Assembly: GCF_009914755.1 (NCBI RefSeq)
Contig: NC_060933.1
Strand: one strand, 5' to 3'
Length of the DNA: 64,000 nt
From: the human T2T-CHM13v2.0 reference genome, Homo sapiens
Shown here piece by piece: positions 48,755 through 62,800 of this stretch; position 1 is the first letter of the stretch; every line of letters starts with the position of its first letter. The translations under genes were made by a program, and so were the position numbers. A model generated the notes under the pieces. The model searched no databases and had not been told where the DNA came from. It saw only the letters and a program-made list of their open reading frames with translations.

Positions 48755-48855
48755 CTTTTTTGAGGTAGGACTGGCATACGAAAAGCTGTACATATTTAAT
48801 GTATACAACTTCATGAGTTTGAAGATAACTTTACACTTGTGAAACAACCATCACC
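48755..48855 (-). mobile_element. L1MC-type 3' end fragment
   Basis: aaaagctgtacatatttaatgtatacaacttcatgagttt. Confidence 0.65.
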
Positions 48856-49009
48856 TCACATATACAAATAATAGTAATAAAGAGGGTTTATAATTTTTAA
48901 TAATTATATTTAAATGTAGATATGGAGATAAAAACATGAAAAGAAAGTGTTATACTAAAGCCTAATGAGTTGCTTTGTCCTGCTTTTTCAAGAATATTAA
49001 TTTGGTCCT

Positions 49010-50380
49010 TTTTAAACATTTTTATTTATGTATTCATTTATATTAATTGATAAAAATTACATATAGTTATCAAGTACATGTTTCAAAATATGTATACACT
49101 GTGGAATGGCTAATGTATAATAGTATAATTACTATATACATTTCATTTCTTCACATACTTACCGTTTTTTTTTGTGGTGAAAGCATTTAAAATCTATTCT
49201 CTTAGCAATTTCCAGATATAATTATTGGATTATATCTGGAATTATATTCTAGGTGACTGTGTTATTGACTATGGTCATCACATTGTACATTCAAACTCTG
49301 CAACTAATTTCTCCTACCTAACTGAAATCTAGTGTACCTTGACCAATATCTCCTCAACCCTGCCCTGCACCCACCACACCTGCTCTCTACTTCTGAGTTC
49401 CATTTTTTTAGATTTCACATATAAGTGAGATCATGATATACTGGTATTTCTGTGCCTGGCTTATTTCACTTAACACGATGTCCCTCAGGCTCATCAATGC
49501 TGTTGCATATGACAGAATTTCCTTCTTTTAAGAGACTGGGTAGTATTCTGTTGTGTATATTTATATTTTCTTTATTCATTCATCTGATGAGAAACAATTA
49601 AGTTGATTCCATATCTTGGCCATTGTGAATAATACTGCAATAAACATGAGATGCAGGCATCTCTTCAACATACTGATTTTATTTCCTTGGGATATATACC
49701 CAGTAGTAGGATAGCTGCATCATATGGTAATTCTATTTTTAATTTTTTCATAAACCATCATACTGTATTCCATAATGGCTGTGCTAATTTATATTTCCAA
49801 CAACAGTATACAGGGATTACGTTTCTCCACAACCTCTTCAACACTTGTTATCTGTCATCTTTTTTTATCAGGTGTTATCTTTTTATTTTAACAGGTGTGA
49901 GGTGTTAGCTCATTGTGGCTTTAACTTGCTTTTATTTGATAATTAGTGATTGCGAGCATTTTTTCTATAACTGTTCACTATTTATATGCCTTATTTTGAG
50001 AAATGTCTGTTCAGATCCTTTGCCCATTTTTAAATCAGGTTATTTGTTGTCCTGCTATTGAGTTTTGTGAATTCTTTATGCATTTTTGACATTAAACCCT
50101 TGTCAGATATGTGGCTTGTAAATATTACTCTGTTCATTGTTTCCTTGGCTGTGCGGAAGGTTTTCAGTTTTATATAACACCATTAGTTTATTTTCCCTCT
50201 TGTTACTTATACTTTAGGGATTATATCTTAAAAATCATTGCCCAGATTAGTGTCATGGAACTTTTCCATGTCTTCTTCAAGTAGTTTTGAAGTTTCACGT
50301 CTTATATGAAAGTCTTTAATGCAATTTAAGTTGATTTTTGTATATAGTGTTGGATAAGGGTCTAAATTCACTCTTGCATG
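49010..50380 (-). mobile_element. 5'-truncated L1MA5-7-like element
   Basis: tgtatacactgtggaatggctaa, aaaatctattctcttagcaattt, then antisense ORF2 3' region. Confidence 0.85.
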
Positions 50381-52123
50381 CAGTTAGTTCCCTGGAAACT
50401 AACTGCATGCAACTTAGTTCCAGTTGGTACCCTGGACTAACTTAGTTCCAGTTAGTAGCCTGGAAAAATTCATGTATCACACACCCTGCTATGCCAGATG
50501 CACTAGAAAGTCTTTTCCTGAAAAAGTTAATTGGCGGTTGGTAACCAGAAGGTTCTAAAGGGCAGCTCTTTTTAACTTCTTCCTCTGAGAAGGGGCAATG
50601 ATAGCAAAAATCCAACCCCATACTGTGGTGTCCTCATAGAAGCCATTACAACTGGCAGTGCAAAGTTTCTTATCAAGCTGCTCCTACTGTGGCTTTAGAT
50701 CTTTTATAGAATGCAAACAGACAAGCAGGGATGTGGAAAATGAAACAAACAAACACACAAAAAAGAAGTAGTAAGGAAAAAGGGATATGGGAATGGGTGA
50801 AATGTCTCCAAGAAGAAAAGGGACAGCTGGCTCCTGGAACTGATGACCCACACTTAGAGGGTTAAAGCTACACTGGCTAAATCAATTCCTGGACTAGTCT
50901 CATATCTCTGCAGATGTACCATATTATATTCAGAGTATTTTCCCAAACTGTGTTCCTTTACCTATAATCCTAAAATAGTTCAGCCTAAGTACTATTACTG
51001 AGTACTAAGTACTTGTTTGGAGAATTTTGAAAGAAAAATCTACAGCAGAGAATAGGAAGTAGAATACAGACTAGAGAGAAATAGGCTCTCTTAAGTGAAA
51101 GCTTATGATTCAATCAACCAACTATAAAATAATTTTAGTCTAAATGGACCCATAAAATATTCTCAAATCATATTTGAACACATCAAGAAGCAGAGATTCA
51201 GAGAGGTAGAGTGACTTACTGACAGCAAGCTGAAATGGCAGCAGAACTTTGGCTTCCAGATCCTACATAGTAAGTGTTTTCTGATTTGTTTCACCCTTAG
51301 AGTTGCCAATGCTTGGGCATAGCGGTGAGATTTCTATTCAGTGCTTTCCTGGAATTGCTGATTCTTGATCCTATATGCTGCCCTTTATAAAAAATGGATC
51401 TGTAAACTTATATCAGTCTCTTTCAATGACACTGTTCAGTCACTTGAACACTGGAGCATTACTGAAGCCCTGAAAAGGATTTGGCAGATGGAAAAAAGCT
51501 CATGGAACCTAACTATTAACACAGTGGTCTTTCCTGAACCTGTTCCGCATTCACTGGACTGTGCCTGACTTGCATATCTGTGGCCTTGTCAAATATTTGC
51601 CTTAAATTTCACTTCTTGCAAAATAATCTGTTAATGAAGGGGTCATAACCAAAGTCTTGATTCATTTTTGTACAGGTTATCTTTTAGACCTTCTACATGG
51701 TTTTTATTAACACAGGATATTGCTTAGGAATCTTGAGGAGGTTTTAATTTACTTTCCTAAGACTTTTTTATATCATTTTTCATTTTGCCAGGTACTTTTA
51801 TAAGACAATTTCACGATTATAGATGTAATTCTGTAGTCACAAGTCTATATATTGTTTTTGCAGCAATATGATTTGAAATTGATGTAAAATTATGGCAATT
51901 TTGGTCATTCTAAATGTATTGTCATATATTTAAAATAATTTGCAAGGGGTTAGTGAACTACATTAATTATGGATATTGATATGCTTTTAGATTATTTTGA
52001 ATATATTTAATAAAAGGAATTTATGCAGAGTTAAATAATAGGAAGAATTTCATATTAAAACATAATTATAGAAAGTTGGTTCTCTCTATGGCAGATACTT
52101 TTTTTATTATTTTTAAAACACAG

Positions 52124-52207
52124 GAATTGAAAAGAAATTCAAATTTTAACCAAAGCCACAATGAGATGTCTTTGAATGAAGGATAAGAAAACCCATATTC
52201 TCTGATG
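52124..52207 (+). other. Candidate 84-nt non-coding exon
   Basis: tttttttattatttttaaaacacag|GAATTG...CTGATG|gtaagt; stops in all three frames. Confidence 0.2.
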
Positions 52208-53356
52208 GTAAGTATTCCCACTTTCCCTGTCCTTAAGTAATGATTTTAAGTATTCCCACTTTCCCTGTCCTGAGATAATAATAGAAAGAACCTCACAGCT
52301 AAACATACTATAGCCTATTTTTGGTATTTTTTGCTTGTATTTATATGTTTTCTTAATGTACCCAAATCTTTGCCCAGTACTTGTGCTTCATTTTAAATCA
52401 ATGTGCCCATACCCTATTGTATTGCTATTATTGATTCTAAACATTGAAACAAATTTCACAAGTCATATAACCTTTCTCTTGGTTCCAGACAATCACCACT
52501 AAGCAAGATAGATGAGCCGAACACATTTTTTAGTTAAGTTTTGTACCATCATTTTCCTGTGAACTCCATACCAATATCTACATGGGTACATCTTTGACAA
52601 AACCTGTCTGGTTTTGCACTGTGTTTCTTTCATGGGATGATCATAGTATTTTTCACAATTTGGCACAAATATCACTCTTAAATCAAGCCTTCTAAGTTTT
52701 CCTACCCCAAGCAATAGGACTGTTTATGCCACCGAGCAATTAGATACATGCCTCTATTATTACATTTATCTTATTTCATAGCAATTATTTTGTATACAAT
52801 ATTTACCTGTTAATCAAAACCATAGCTTAACATGGTTCTCTCCTAGATGCCCATCTTAGAGCCAGGATTAAATATTTGTTTTCAGAATGAAATGTTTGCT
52901 TATATTTTATTTATACAACCATGATAAAAAATCTAACATGAAATGCAATCAAGCTTTATCATGAAAGTTTGTCATTCACTCATTCAGCAGCTGCTATGTG
53001 GCAAGCATGTCTAGCTCTTCCTTAGTTTTGTAGAGACAGCATAGGAGAAACTGTGTGCCTAGCACATAGTAGATGCTCATTAGATATTAATGTATTTCCT
53101 TTTCTCTCTTTCCCGCATTGTAGCCATGTCTCACATGGAGTCAAATAACAGACTTGTTATTAAGTACTCTTACTCTTTAAGTATATGAGGATTTATTAAG
53201 CTTTTGGTTTCCTGCTTTTATAAATCAAAACTTTTTTTGTGAAATTCAAAAATTCAAAAATTTCAAAAGCAATATTTTTTGCAAAAAATGTAAAAGTTTA
53301 CATTTTTAAACACATTTTGTACCCAGTAATTTTATTTCCATTGTATGCATCAATAA

Positions 53357-53713
<357 letters not shown>

Positions 53714-54043
53714 TTTTTTTTTTTTTTCTTTTTTTAGATGGAGTCTACTCTGTCACTGTCACCCAGGCTGCTGATCTGAGCTCACTGCAACCTCTGCCTC
53801 CCAGGTTCAAGTGATTCTCTGCAACCTCCACCTCCCAGGTTCAAGTGATTCTCCTGCCTCAGCCTCCCAAGTAGCTGGGACCACAAGCACACACCACCAT
53901 ACCAGGCTAAATTTTGTATTTTTAGTAGAGACAGGGTTTCACCATCTTGGCCAGGCTGGTCTTTAACTTCTGACCTCAAGTGATCTGTCCACCTCAGCCT
54001 CCCAAAGTGCTGGGATTAAAGGCATGAGACACTGCACCTGGAC
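53714..54043 (-). mobile_element. AluS with internal tandem duplication and small deletion
   Basis: ctgcaacctc...cccaggttcaagtgattct occurs twice. Confidence 0.92.
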
Positions 54044-54044
54044 A

Positions 54045-54497
54045 TTTTTTTCTTTTTTAACCCTTTATTTTAGGTTCAGAGGTACATGTGCACGTTTGTT
54101 ATACAGGTAAATTGCATGTTGCGTGGGTTTGATGTACAGATTATTTCGTCACCCAGGGAATATGCATAACACGTGATAGGTGATTTTTTGATCCTCTTCC
54201 TCCTCTCAACCTCCACCCTCAAGTAGGCCCCAGTGTCTGTCGTTCCCCTCTTTGTGTCCATGTATTCTTGTTTAGCTTCCACTTATAACTGAGAACATGT
54301 GGTATCTGGTTTCCTGTTCCTGTATTAGTTTGCTTAGGATAATGGCTTCTAGCCCTGTCCATGTTGCTGCAAAGAAAATGTTCTCATTCTTTTTTATGAT
54401 TGCATAGTATTCCATGCTGTATTTGTACCACATTTTGTTTATCCAATCTGCCATTGATGAGCATTTAGGTTTATTACATGTCTTTGCTATTGTGAAT
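54045..54497 (-). mobile_element. L1PA15/16-like 3' fragment, copy 2 of the inverted duplication
   Basis: Same truncation point and same flank as 40549-41023. Confidence 0.9.
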
Positions 54498-55201
54498 AGA
54501 GGAGCACCATCTTTCTACCATCTCTTTTTTTCCTACTCTGACCTCTTCCACCTGAAGAATTAGAGATTTATAGTCAAAGCACAGTGCTTAGTAAACAGTA
54601 GTTGACAGCTGTATTTATTAGTTTACACTGTAACAAAAAATAGATGTACTTTGCAAGGTGATCTTTAGTTGTCATTAAATTTCTGCTTTTATAATAATAA
54701 CATTTCGTACAATTACTCATAGAAAAAGATGTGTTTCTGATTTTCCATTTGAGGCTTTTATTTGAATCTATTATACTCAGATATCTTTGGAATCATATGA
54801 TGTCATGTCTCTCTCATAATTGATCTTCACATGGGCCAGTCATTATTTTTGTTTTAGTCATTTTGGAGTGGAGAATAACTCCTTTATCTTTGAAGTTCTC
54901 CCTAAAACTCCTTACAGTAAAATTGTCATTTTCTACTTGTCATATATTCAAAGTCAGAGATCCTAAAAATAATCTACAGATATGGAAAAAATTCATCCAC
55001 ATATTTATTTGTATATCTTGTGTGTGTGCAGGTATGTGAGTCTAGACATACGTATTTCCTCACCATCCCTCAAATTCTATTATGACTACTCACTTGCACC
55101 ATTATTGGTGAGGTTTGTACTAAAAGTCATAACTACAGTCCAGACTATATGAAGACGAGTAGTGTGTGGGTGCATGATTTCTTTTATATATAACATATAT
55201 G

Positions 55202-55202
<1 letters not shown>

Positions 55203-55232
<30 letters not shown>
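55203..55232. repeat. (TG)15 microsatellite
   Basis: Visible. Confidence 0.97.
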
Positions 55233-55233
<1 letters not shown>

Positions 55234-58140
55234 ACAAGTGAGAGAGAGAATCAATAACCAAACATTCTAGCAGTATACATTGGATAGTTTTAAAACAGCT
55301 TTATTTTCTTTCTTTCTGCCCAGATATGGGGCAGAAATTGGGGAAATTAACCTGGCCATAAGGTCTTGTAATTGGATATCACACATAAATATCCTCAAGC
55401 CTTACATCTTCTTTATATAACTGATGAAGACATTCTACGTACAATGTAAGTCTTTGTGCTAAGTGTAATATAATGCAAATGCTTGACCAGATGATTTTGT
55501 AAGGGCAATATTCATATTTCAAAATTAAACAACTGATATTTCATATGCCCAAAGGCTCTGGTACTGTACATATTATTGATTAAAGTGACATTTTAAAGTT
55601 ACTATAGTGCAAAAGAGTTTGTTAAAATAGAAAACTAATTTTTATGGCTTTTACTAGCTCAAAATTAGCCAGAACACTAACAGAGTAAATGTTTGACTGA
55701 AGCACCAGGTGGAAAATTTGTATCAATATTCAAAGGCCCTCAAGTAAGATTTCATTTCATAGAGTACAATCTTGGAACTGTTTTCAAACTACGTAGATAT
55801 ATAAATGGCAAGCAGAACACCTGCATTAATCCTGGACTATGCTTTTATTTATTTTATTTAGTTTTTGGTAATGAATAGTCAATTTCTACACCTAGTCCTA
55901 TATTTTACCACTTTCTAGAGACAGTAACAAGCCTCTAAATGCAGGTTTACATCCATCGGACACCTTTGTCTGACAAATTGAGCTTATTGGAATATCCATT
56001 TCAGCTCTTGTTTCCTTGGCTTAAATTACACCAGAATAGATTGTAATAATTTCTGGTGATAGGAGTATTTAAACGCCCATGGCCCACTGAAGATCCAATT
56101 TTGAAACGGTGGAATTTATGTTGAATATAAGAAAAAGACGCCTTTAAAAGATCTTTCATTTCAAATTCTGTGTCACACCTGTAGTAGGTATTTAACTTAA
56201 AGGGGATGAGTGGTTATACTACTTTTACGGTACTTTTCAAGACAGTTACATCATTGACCATATTCAGACAGAGGAGATGGTAAAAATGCACCTGGACAAA
56301 TAAAATTTGATTAAAATAAACATTATAACCCAGAAACAAACTATGTGTGGAAGTCAGTAAATTACACAGAATAGAAAACACTAATTTATTCATACCCAGA
56401 CAACACGTCATCTCCTATTTATGTATGAGCACAGCATTTACATAGGTAAGAAATATGAATGATATTGCAGTAGAGAGGGAGGCATTCTTGATATTCTTGA
56501 ATATAGTTATCCCATTTATAGCTTCACTTTAAGCTAATGATTTAAGCCTAAGTGTAGGATTTCATTTTCAGTATAGCTGAGATTGACTTCATGTTAATTT
56601 TCAGTGTTATATTTAAGTTTCAACTAAACAGTCATGCCAAGTGAAATTCCTTGGTCATTCTTAAAATGTCAAAGGCAGAAATTATGAGAAACAGAGGCTT
56701 ACCATAAATACTATGCCAGAAGCTGTCCTATAATATGTCTTCTGAAGAAAGAGAGAGAGAGACTATTGGTCATAAGAGTCAGCAGTCCTCACTACTCATT
56801 TGAGTCAACATATGTAGGTCATTTGTCCTCTTTCTCTCTCAGATCTGTCTTACACCACAGTGTGCTTGCTCCATCATATTAATCTCTGCAAGCTCTATGC
56901 ACATGGATACTTAAAAAAATCAATGCATGCTCAAGCTCAATAACAGTATGAAAAAGTCCTGACAATTATGGTGATTTTTTTTTGTTTATTTTTATTCAGC
57001 TGTTTTAATGGAAATGTACAACAATTCAATATTTTGATGCCAATTTTATTTTCTTTCTTATTTCCTGAAACACGGCTATACAGTAACATAGTTTCATTAT
57101 AATAGGATATAACGATTATACCCAAATCACAATTGAAAAGCTTCCAGGTTATGAGCAAAGACTCTGTGAATGGGAAAGAGGAGAAATGTGTCAGCTGCAT
57201 AAAACAGAGAAAAAAAGTAAACAGTTTGAAACCTTCCAAAAAGTTTAGTTAACTTTGAAAAAGCTCTAAAAATTTCACACCAAAATCTCATCCCTTCAAA
57301 CACTTGTATGCGCACTCCCCTATTTACACATATGATACAAATGGAAACTTCACATACAGAGTTGCTGCAGGCTACAGTAAACACTGTAAGGCAGAAATAC
57401 ATTACCTCTGGCAGGGTATATCACAATGACCCCATTAAACTCCTTTAAGGATTCTCTTTATGATCTCAGTTCATTAGTCCCTTAAATAGCATTTGTCATG
57501 ACAAAAGAGAACACTTAGAAGGAAAGCCTTAAAGCCTTCTCAAAGGCTCACTGAGCCAAGAACAAGCTCAGAAGTTATCAAAACAAAGCTTCACAAGTTT
57601 GGAATAAATTAGCTTGCTTGGGCACAAACTGTGTCTGTGTTTTTTCAGTGACTAAACATAATCTACTTGCCTCAGGCTTTTTCTAAACCTAAAACCTCAT
57701 GCTGGCAATGTTATCTGTAACCACACTCCTTTAAATGGAGGAATGTCACTACTTCAGGTGACATGGTTCCTCCTAAGGGAAATTGCCCGAGGAAGAATGC
57801 AGGTGTATCTGCCATTCAAAAGCCTAAAAGCTGTGTTCCTCATTTAAAAATAAACTCGTTTAAACAACAAGAACTAATTATTACATTAATTTATTGTCAA
57901 CACAACTAAGCGCAGGCAGGCAGATATAATAACCTATGTGTAAACTACTAAGCAAGCTGAATAAAAAGGAATCTCTACTGTGAGTCACTTTCATGGTACT
58001 AACACAGGTACTCACTAAAGCCATATTTCAGATTCCATTTTGTAGTTTCATTATTACTATACAGATATCTGTGCACATAACGTCCTATAATATGTCATCT
58101 GTCTGTCTTTTTCCCCTTAGCTAATTTTGATTTATTAACG

Positions 58141-59666
58141 TGTTGAGGGGATGTACTGCATGGCAGCCCCCCGATCCTCATCTGCTGCTGTTCATGATCT
58201 TGCAAAATCCGTTTCCCTTGATCCTGAGTGAGTATGTGATTTATATCTAACTGATAGAATATGGTAAAGACGACAGGATGTCATCACTTCCATGATTCTG
58301 TAAGACTGTCTTGTAATACAGTTGCTCTAGTCTGCTCTAGTCCTTTTCATACAGATGAAGTAAGTGGCCCTATTAGGGAAGTTCACATGTCAAAGAACTC
58401 CAGGTAAAGTGTTTAGGAAATGTGGGCAGCTGTTAGGAGCTGAGGAGAATCAACAGAAACTTATGACCACCCCTAGCTACAGCCAACAAGAAATCAGGAC
58501 CTTCTGTCCCACAACTGCAAAATAATGAATCTGACAAATAGCCGACTAATCTTGGAAGTGGATCTTCCCCATTTTAGCCTCCAGGTAAAAAACAAACAAC
58601 CACATTAACAAGTGGGCAAAGGACATGAACAGACAGTTCTCAAAAGAAGATATACATGCTGCTAACAAACATGAAAAAAAAAACTCAACATCATTAATCA
58701 TTAGAGAAATGCAAATCAAAACCACAATGAGATACCATCTCACACCAGTCAGAATGGCTATTATCAAAAAGTTAAAAAACAACAGATGCTGGTAAGGTTG
58801 TGGAGAAAAAGGAACACTTTTACACTGTTAGTGGGGTGTAAATTAGTTTAACTCTTGTGGAAGACAGTGTGGCAATTCTTCAAAGACCTAGAGGTAGAAA
58901 TGTCATCTGACCCAGCAATCCCATTACTGGGTATATACCCAAGGTAATATAAATCATTCTATTATAAAGATACATGCATGTGTATGTTCACTACATACAC
59001 TGCATACACTGCATATTCACAACAGCAAAGACATAAAGTCAACCTAAATGACCATCAATGATAGACTGGATAAAAAAATGTGGTACATATATACCATGAA
59101 ATACTATGCAGCCATGAAAATGAATGAGATCACATCCTTTGTAGGAATCCATAGATGGAATTGGAAGCCATTATCCTCAGCAAACCAATGCAGAAACAGA
59201 AAACCAAACACCGCATGTTCTCACTTATAAGTGGGAGCTGAATGATGAGAACACATGGACACATGAGAGGGAACAACACACAATACAACCTGTCGGAGGG
59301 TGCGGGGTGGGAGGACGGAGAGCATTAGGAAGAATAGCTAATGGATGCTGGGCTTAATACCTAGGTGATGAGATGATCTGCACAGCAAACCACCATGGCA
59401 CACATTACCTATGTAACAAACTTGTACATCTGCACATGTACCCCTGAAGTTAAAATAAAAGTTGGAAATGAAACAAAAACAAACAAACAAAAAAAGACAT
59501 AGCCCAGCCCACACTCTGATTACAGCCTTGGGTGACCTATGAGCAAAAGACACAGCTAAGATGTACCCAGATTCCTGACCCATAAAAATTGTGAGATAAA
59601 AATGCATATTGTTTCCAGCTGCTAAACTTGTGGCAATTTCTTCTGTAGTAAAAGAAAACTAATACA
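58141..59666 (+). mobile_element. MLT1E-like LTR split into about 58141-58585 and 59496-59666
   Basis: tagaatatggtaaag...cacttccatgatt...cttggaagtggatcttcccc...gcctccag; resumes agcccagccc...attcctgacccat...aactaataca. Confidence 0.8.
58586..59495 (+). mobile_element. L1PREC2/L1PA13-14-like 3' fragment
   Basis: ORF2 C-terminal remnant plus gaagaatagctaatggatgctgggcttaatacctaggtgat 3'UTR and A-rich tail. Confidence 0.88.
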
Positions 59667-61417
59667 ATGTATATAAGATAAGATAGTATCATTTATGACT
59701 ATCAGTTACCTACTTCCATTTCTCTGGGTAAGGCCATCTTCATTTCTTAGTAGGAAAATTTGTTGTAGTCATTTTCTAGAAAACTCTACTTTCCATTCAT
59801 GAATAGTTTCTAGAATAGTTTTCAAAGTTGTTTCTAGGGGAGACTCTTATCAAAACAATAAAACACATGATTTGTCTTTGGAATTTCTATCTTTTACTTA
59901 TTCTCCTCTTTCTATAGTCTTCTATTCCCACTTAATCAGATGAATTCCCCAGTCCTTTAATCTATTGTTTCTTCCCCTCTCCTCCTGACAATGAATCTTT
60001 CAGATCCCTCACAATCCTTCTCATTCTAACAATTCACTCTTAAGATTAATAGACCAAAATAGCTTAATTCCATTTGCATATGTACAGAGACTTACACAAA
60101 CACACTGCCATCCCATGGTTATTAAGTGGACCATTATTATAAATAAAAGTTGAAGAGAAATTTCAGTATATAGAACAGGTAAAGCAAGGTTGATGGTAGA
60201 TGGTGTTGTAGATGGAGATGGAGAATGTGGGTAGGGGTTGATAGAAAACCCAGTACAATTCCAGCTCAACATCTGCTACACTCTTTAACACATGCAATGT
60301 CAGCCCAGCAGCATCAATGGGCAACCATAAGGTTTTGGTTAAGACAGTTTGAAAATCACTGCTTTAAACCAAAAGAATTATTCTCTGATGGGGATATATC
60401 TCAATAGTTCTCAAAAGAGATTGGTTTACAGTCTTAATGGAATCATGCCATTTTGCCAAAGTTTAAACTGTATGATGTCAATTTATCCTCAAATTCTTAA
60501 CATCCTCAAATCACATATAAACCTACTGTACCAATTTCACAAACTTTATTTTCCTGCTCGCTCACCCTTGGGTAAAGTTGACTGGTTGAAACAAAACTAT
60601 TCACAGAATGTAGACTTTTTCATTTTTCCCACAACACAGTGAATGCACTTGGGGGCATCACTGACCCTTACTGTATTGGATCAAAAATTGACTTTTTTCC
60701 TCCTTGTAGCCTCTTATCTTCCATGTGCAAGCAAAACCTTATATCATAATCACTGGTAGAATGTTTTGTTCAACTTCTCTATTGCATCCTTAAGAAACTG
60801 AGAAAAAAAAATTGCCTCTTAAAAAAAGCAGTACATCTACATATTAAAAAATTTAAAAGAATATCCATCATAGTAGTGATCTTGAGAATCTTGGATAACT
60901 TGTATTTAACATTTATATAAGGTATGTGCATATTATTTTATTAAAATAATTCATATCTCCATGTAGACTTTTAGCAAAAAGATTTTAAAAGCTTGTGTAC
61001 TAATAGGAATGCATCTGGCTACTAGCAACAATAGCTACAATTGAATTAATTCCTACTATATGCCAAAGCATAGCTAAAAACTACATAAATATAGCAATTT
61101 CTGAAGAAAACATATAATGAAGTTATTAACTCCATATAACAATTAGTAAACAAGCTAGGATGGGTGAGGAATCCTCAAAGCAGAGACAGCTAGTAAGCTC
61201 TGGAGATGAAATCTAATCTCATCCCTCATTATCTCCAATGCTTGTGTTCTGAATCACTCTGTCACTGGTTTGATTCTAGGATGGAATGAGGTTGCAAAGA
61301 AAATAAAATGGATAATTATTTATGGTAATTGGTATTTGCACTATGATATTCTCATATCAATTCCTAGGTACTCTCTTGCCTTTAAGATAATCCCAAACTT
61401 TACAAAGTGGCAATTTC

Positions 61418-61724
61418 GGCCGGGCATGGTGGCTCACACCTGTAATCCTAGCACTTTAGGAGGTTGAGGTCGGCGGATCACCTGAGGTCACGAGCTTGAG
61501 ACCAGCTTGGCCAGCATGGTGAAACCCCGTCTCTACTAAAAATACAAATATTAGCCAAGTGTGGTGGTGTGCACCTGTAATCCCAGCCATTCAGGAGGCT
61601 GAGGCAGGAGAGTCGCTTGAACCCAAGGGTCGGAGGTTGCAATGAGCCAAGATCGTGCCAGTTCACTTAAGCCTGGGCAAAAGATCAAAACTCCGTCTCA
61701 AAAAATAAAAACAAAAATAAAAAT
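61418..61724 (+). mobile_element. AluS (Sq/Sx-like)
   Basis: Full Alu; TSD aaagtg(g/a)caatttc at 61404-61417 and 61725-61738. Confidence 0.95.
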
Positions 61725-62579
61725 AAAGTGACAATTTCTTTCATATTTCCATGTTTATACTTAGGACCTCTTGAAAGACCTTTCCTTTCTATCCAAACCT
61801 ATATGTTGTCAAATACAGGTTTTCCTATTTTCCTGCCTCCATACATTCATGCCATTCAAAACATAATCCTGAAATATGATCTCTCCATACAAGGACTACA
61901 TCAAATCTTACCTACTCAGTGAAACCTTCTCTAACACTAAATGCAAGAAAATTGCCTCATGTTGGGTGGCACTGGTGCTAATAATAACGAAGGTATTGGA
62001 GTTTCCATCTTAGTCACAAGTGATTTCTTTCTCCTCTGAATTCATAGAACAGTGGGTGTCAATATCACATATTCAGAATATATATTGCCTTATACTTTTA
62101 AAATCAAAATATGAACATGTTGTATCTTTTCTACAACATTGTAGAGGAAAAGACTACTTGCTTCAGAGAGTAATAAATATAGTTTATTATATTAAGGTAT
62201 TTAATAATTATTTTTTGATGACGAGAATTCCTAGATCTATGATGAAAAAAATTGTCATTTTTTTAAATGAGCATACAGTTATCACCTTGTCATTTTAGGT
62301 TGATAATTCAGCATTTTAGTTTTCCTCTACTAACCTCCCGGGCACTTTTCTCCAATTTTGTGCTTTAGTCATAGCCACATAATCCAAGCGTCAACGTTGT
62401 GTTGAGGTTGTATTTTACATGTGATTTTTGTTGGTGCACTTCCATTTTTAAACATATTGAGACATTTTAAACATACGAAATGATAGAAATCAAGAATATA
62501 TAATGTTTAAAGCCAATATTTTCAGACACCTAAAATTTGGTACCATCTCTCATTTACTCTTACCTCTGTAACTGATACT

Positions 62580-62800
62580 TCATTCATTCAGTGATTTAAT
62601 CATTAAACATTTATTGCACTGCTCTCATCCATCATACACTTTACGAGGTATTTGAGATGCAGGGATTTTAAGAGGCCATTATGTGGTGATCCAGATACAT
62701 CAATAGACCATAAAAATGTAAAATAATAATTATTCTACCAGAGATATTCACAAGGTGAAACAGAAGTACAAAGGAAGACATCCTTAAGTCAGCCTGGCAA
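62580..62800 (-). mobile_element. L2 3' fragment
   Basis: cattcattca...aaacatttattgcac...agaagtacaaaggaag. Confidence 0.5.

Noticed and set aside
50374-52271. Short direct repeats with spacers as a CRISPR-like array
   Set aside because: Only two copies each, different sequences, eukaryotic context, no cas genes.
57401-57490. Minus-strand GAG|gtaatg donor with a possible exon
   Set aside because: Weak acceptor and stops in all frames.
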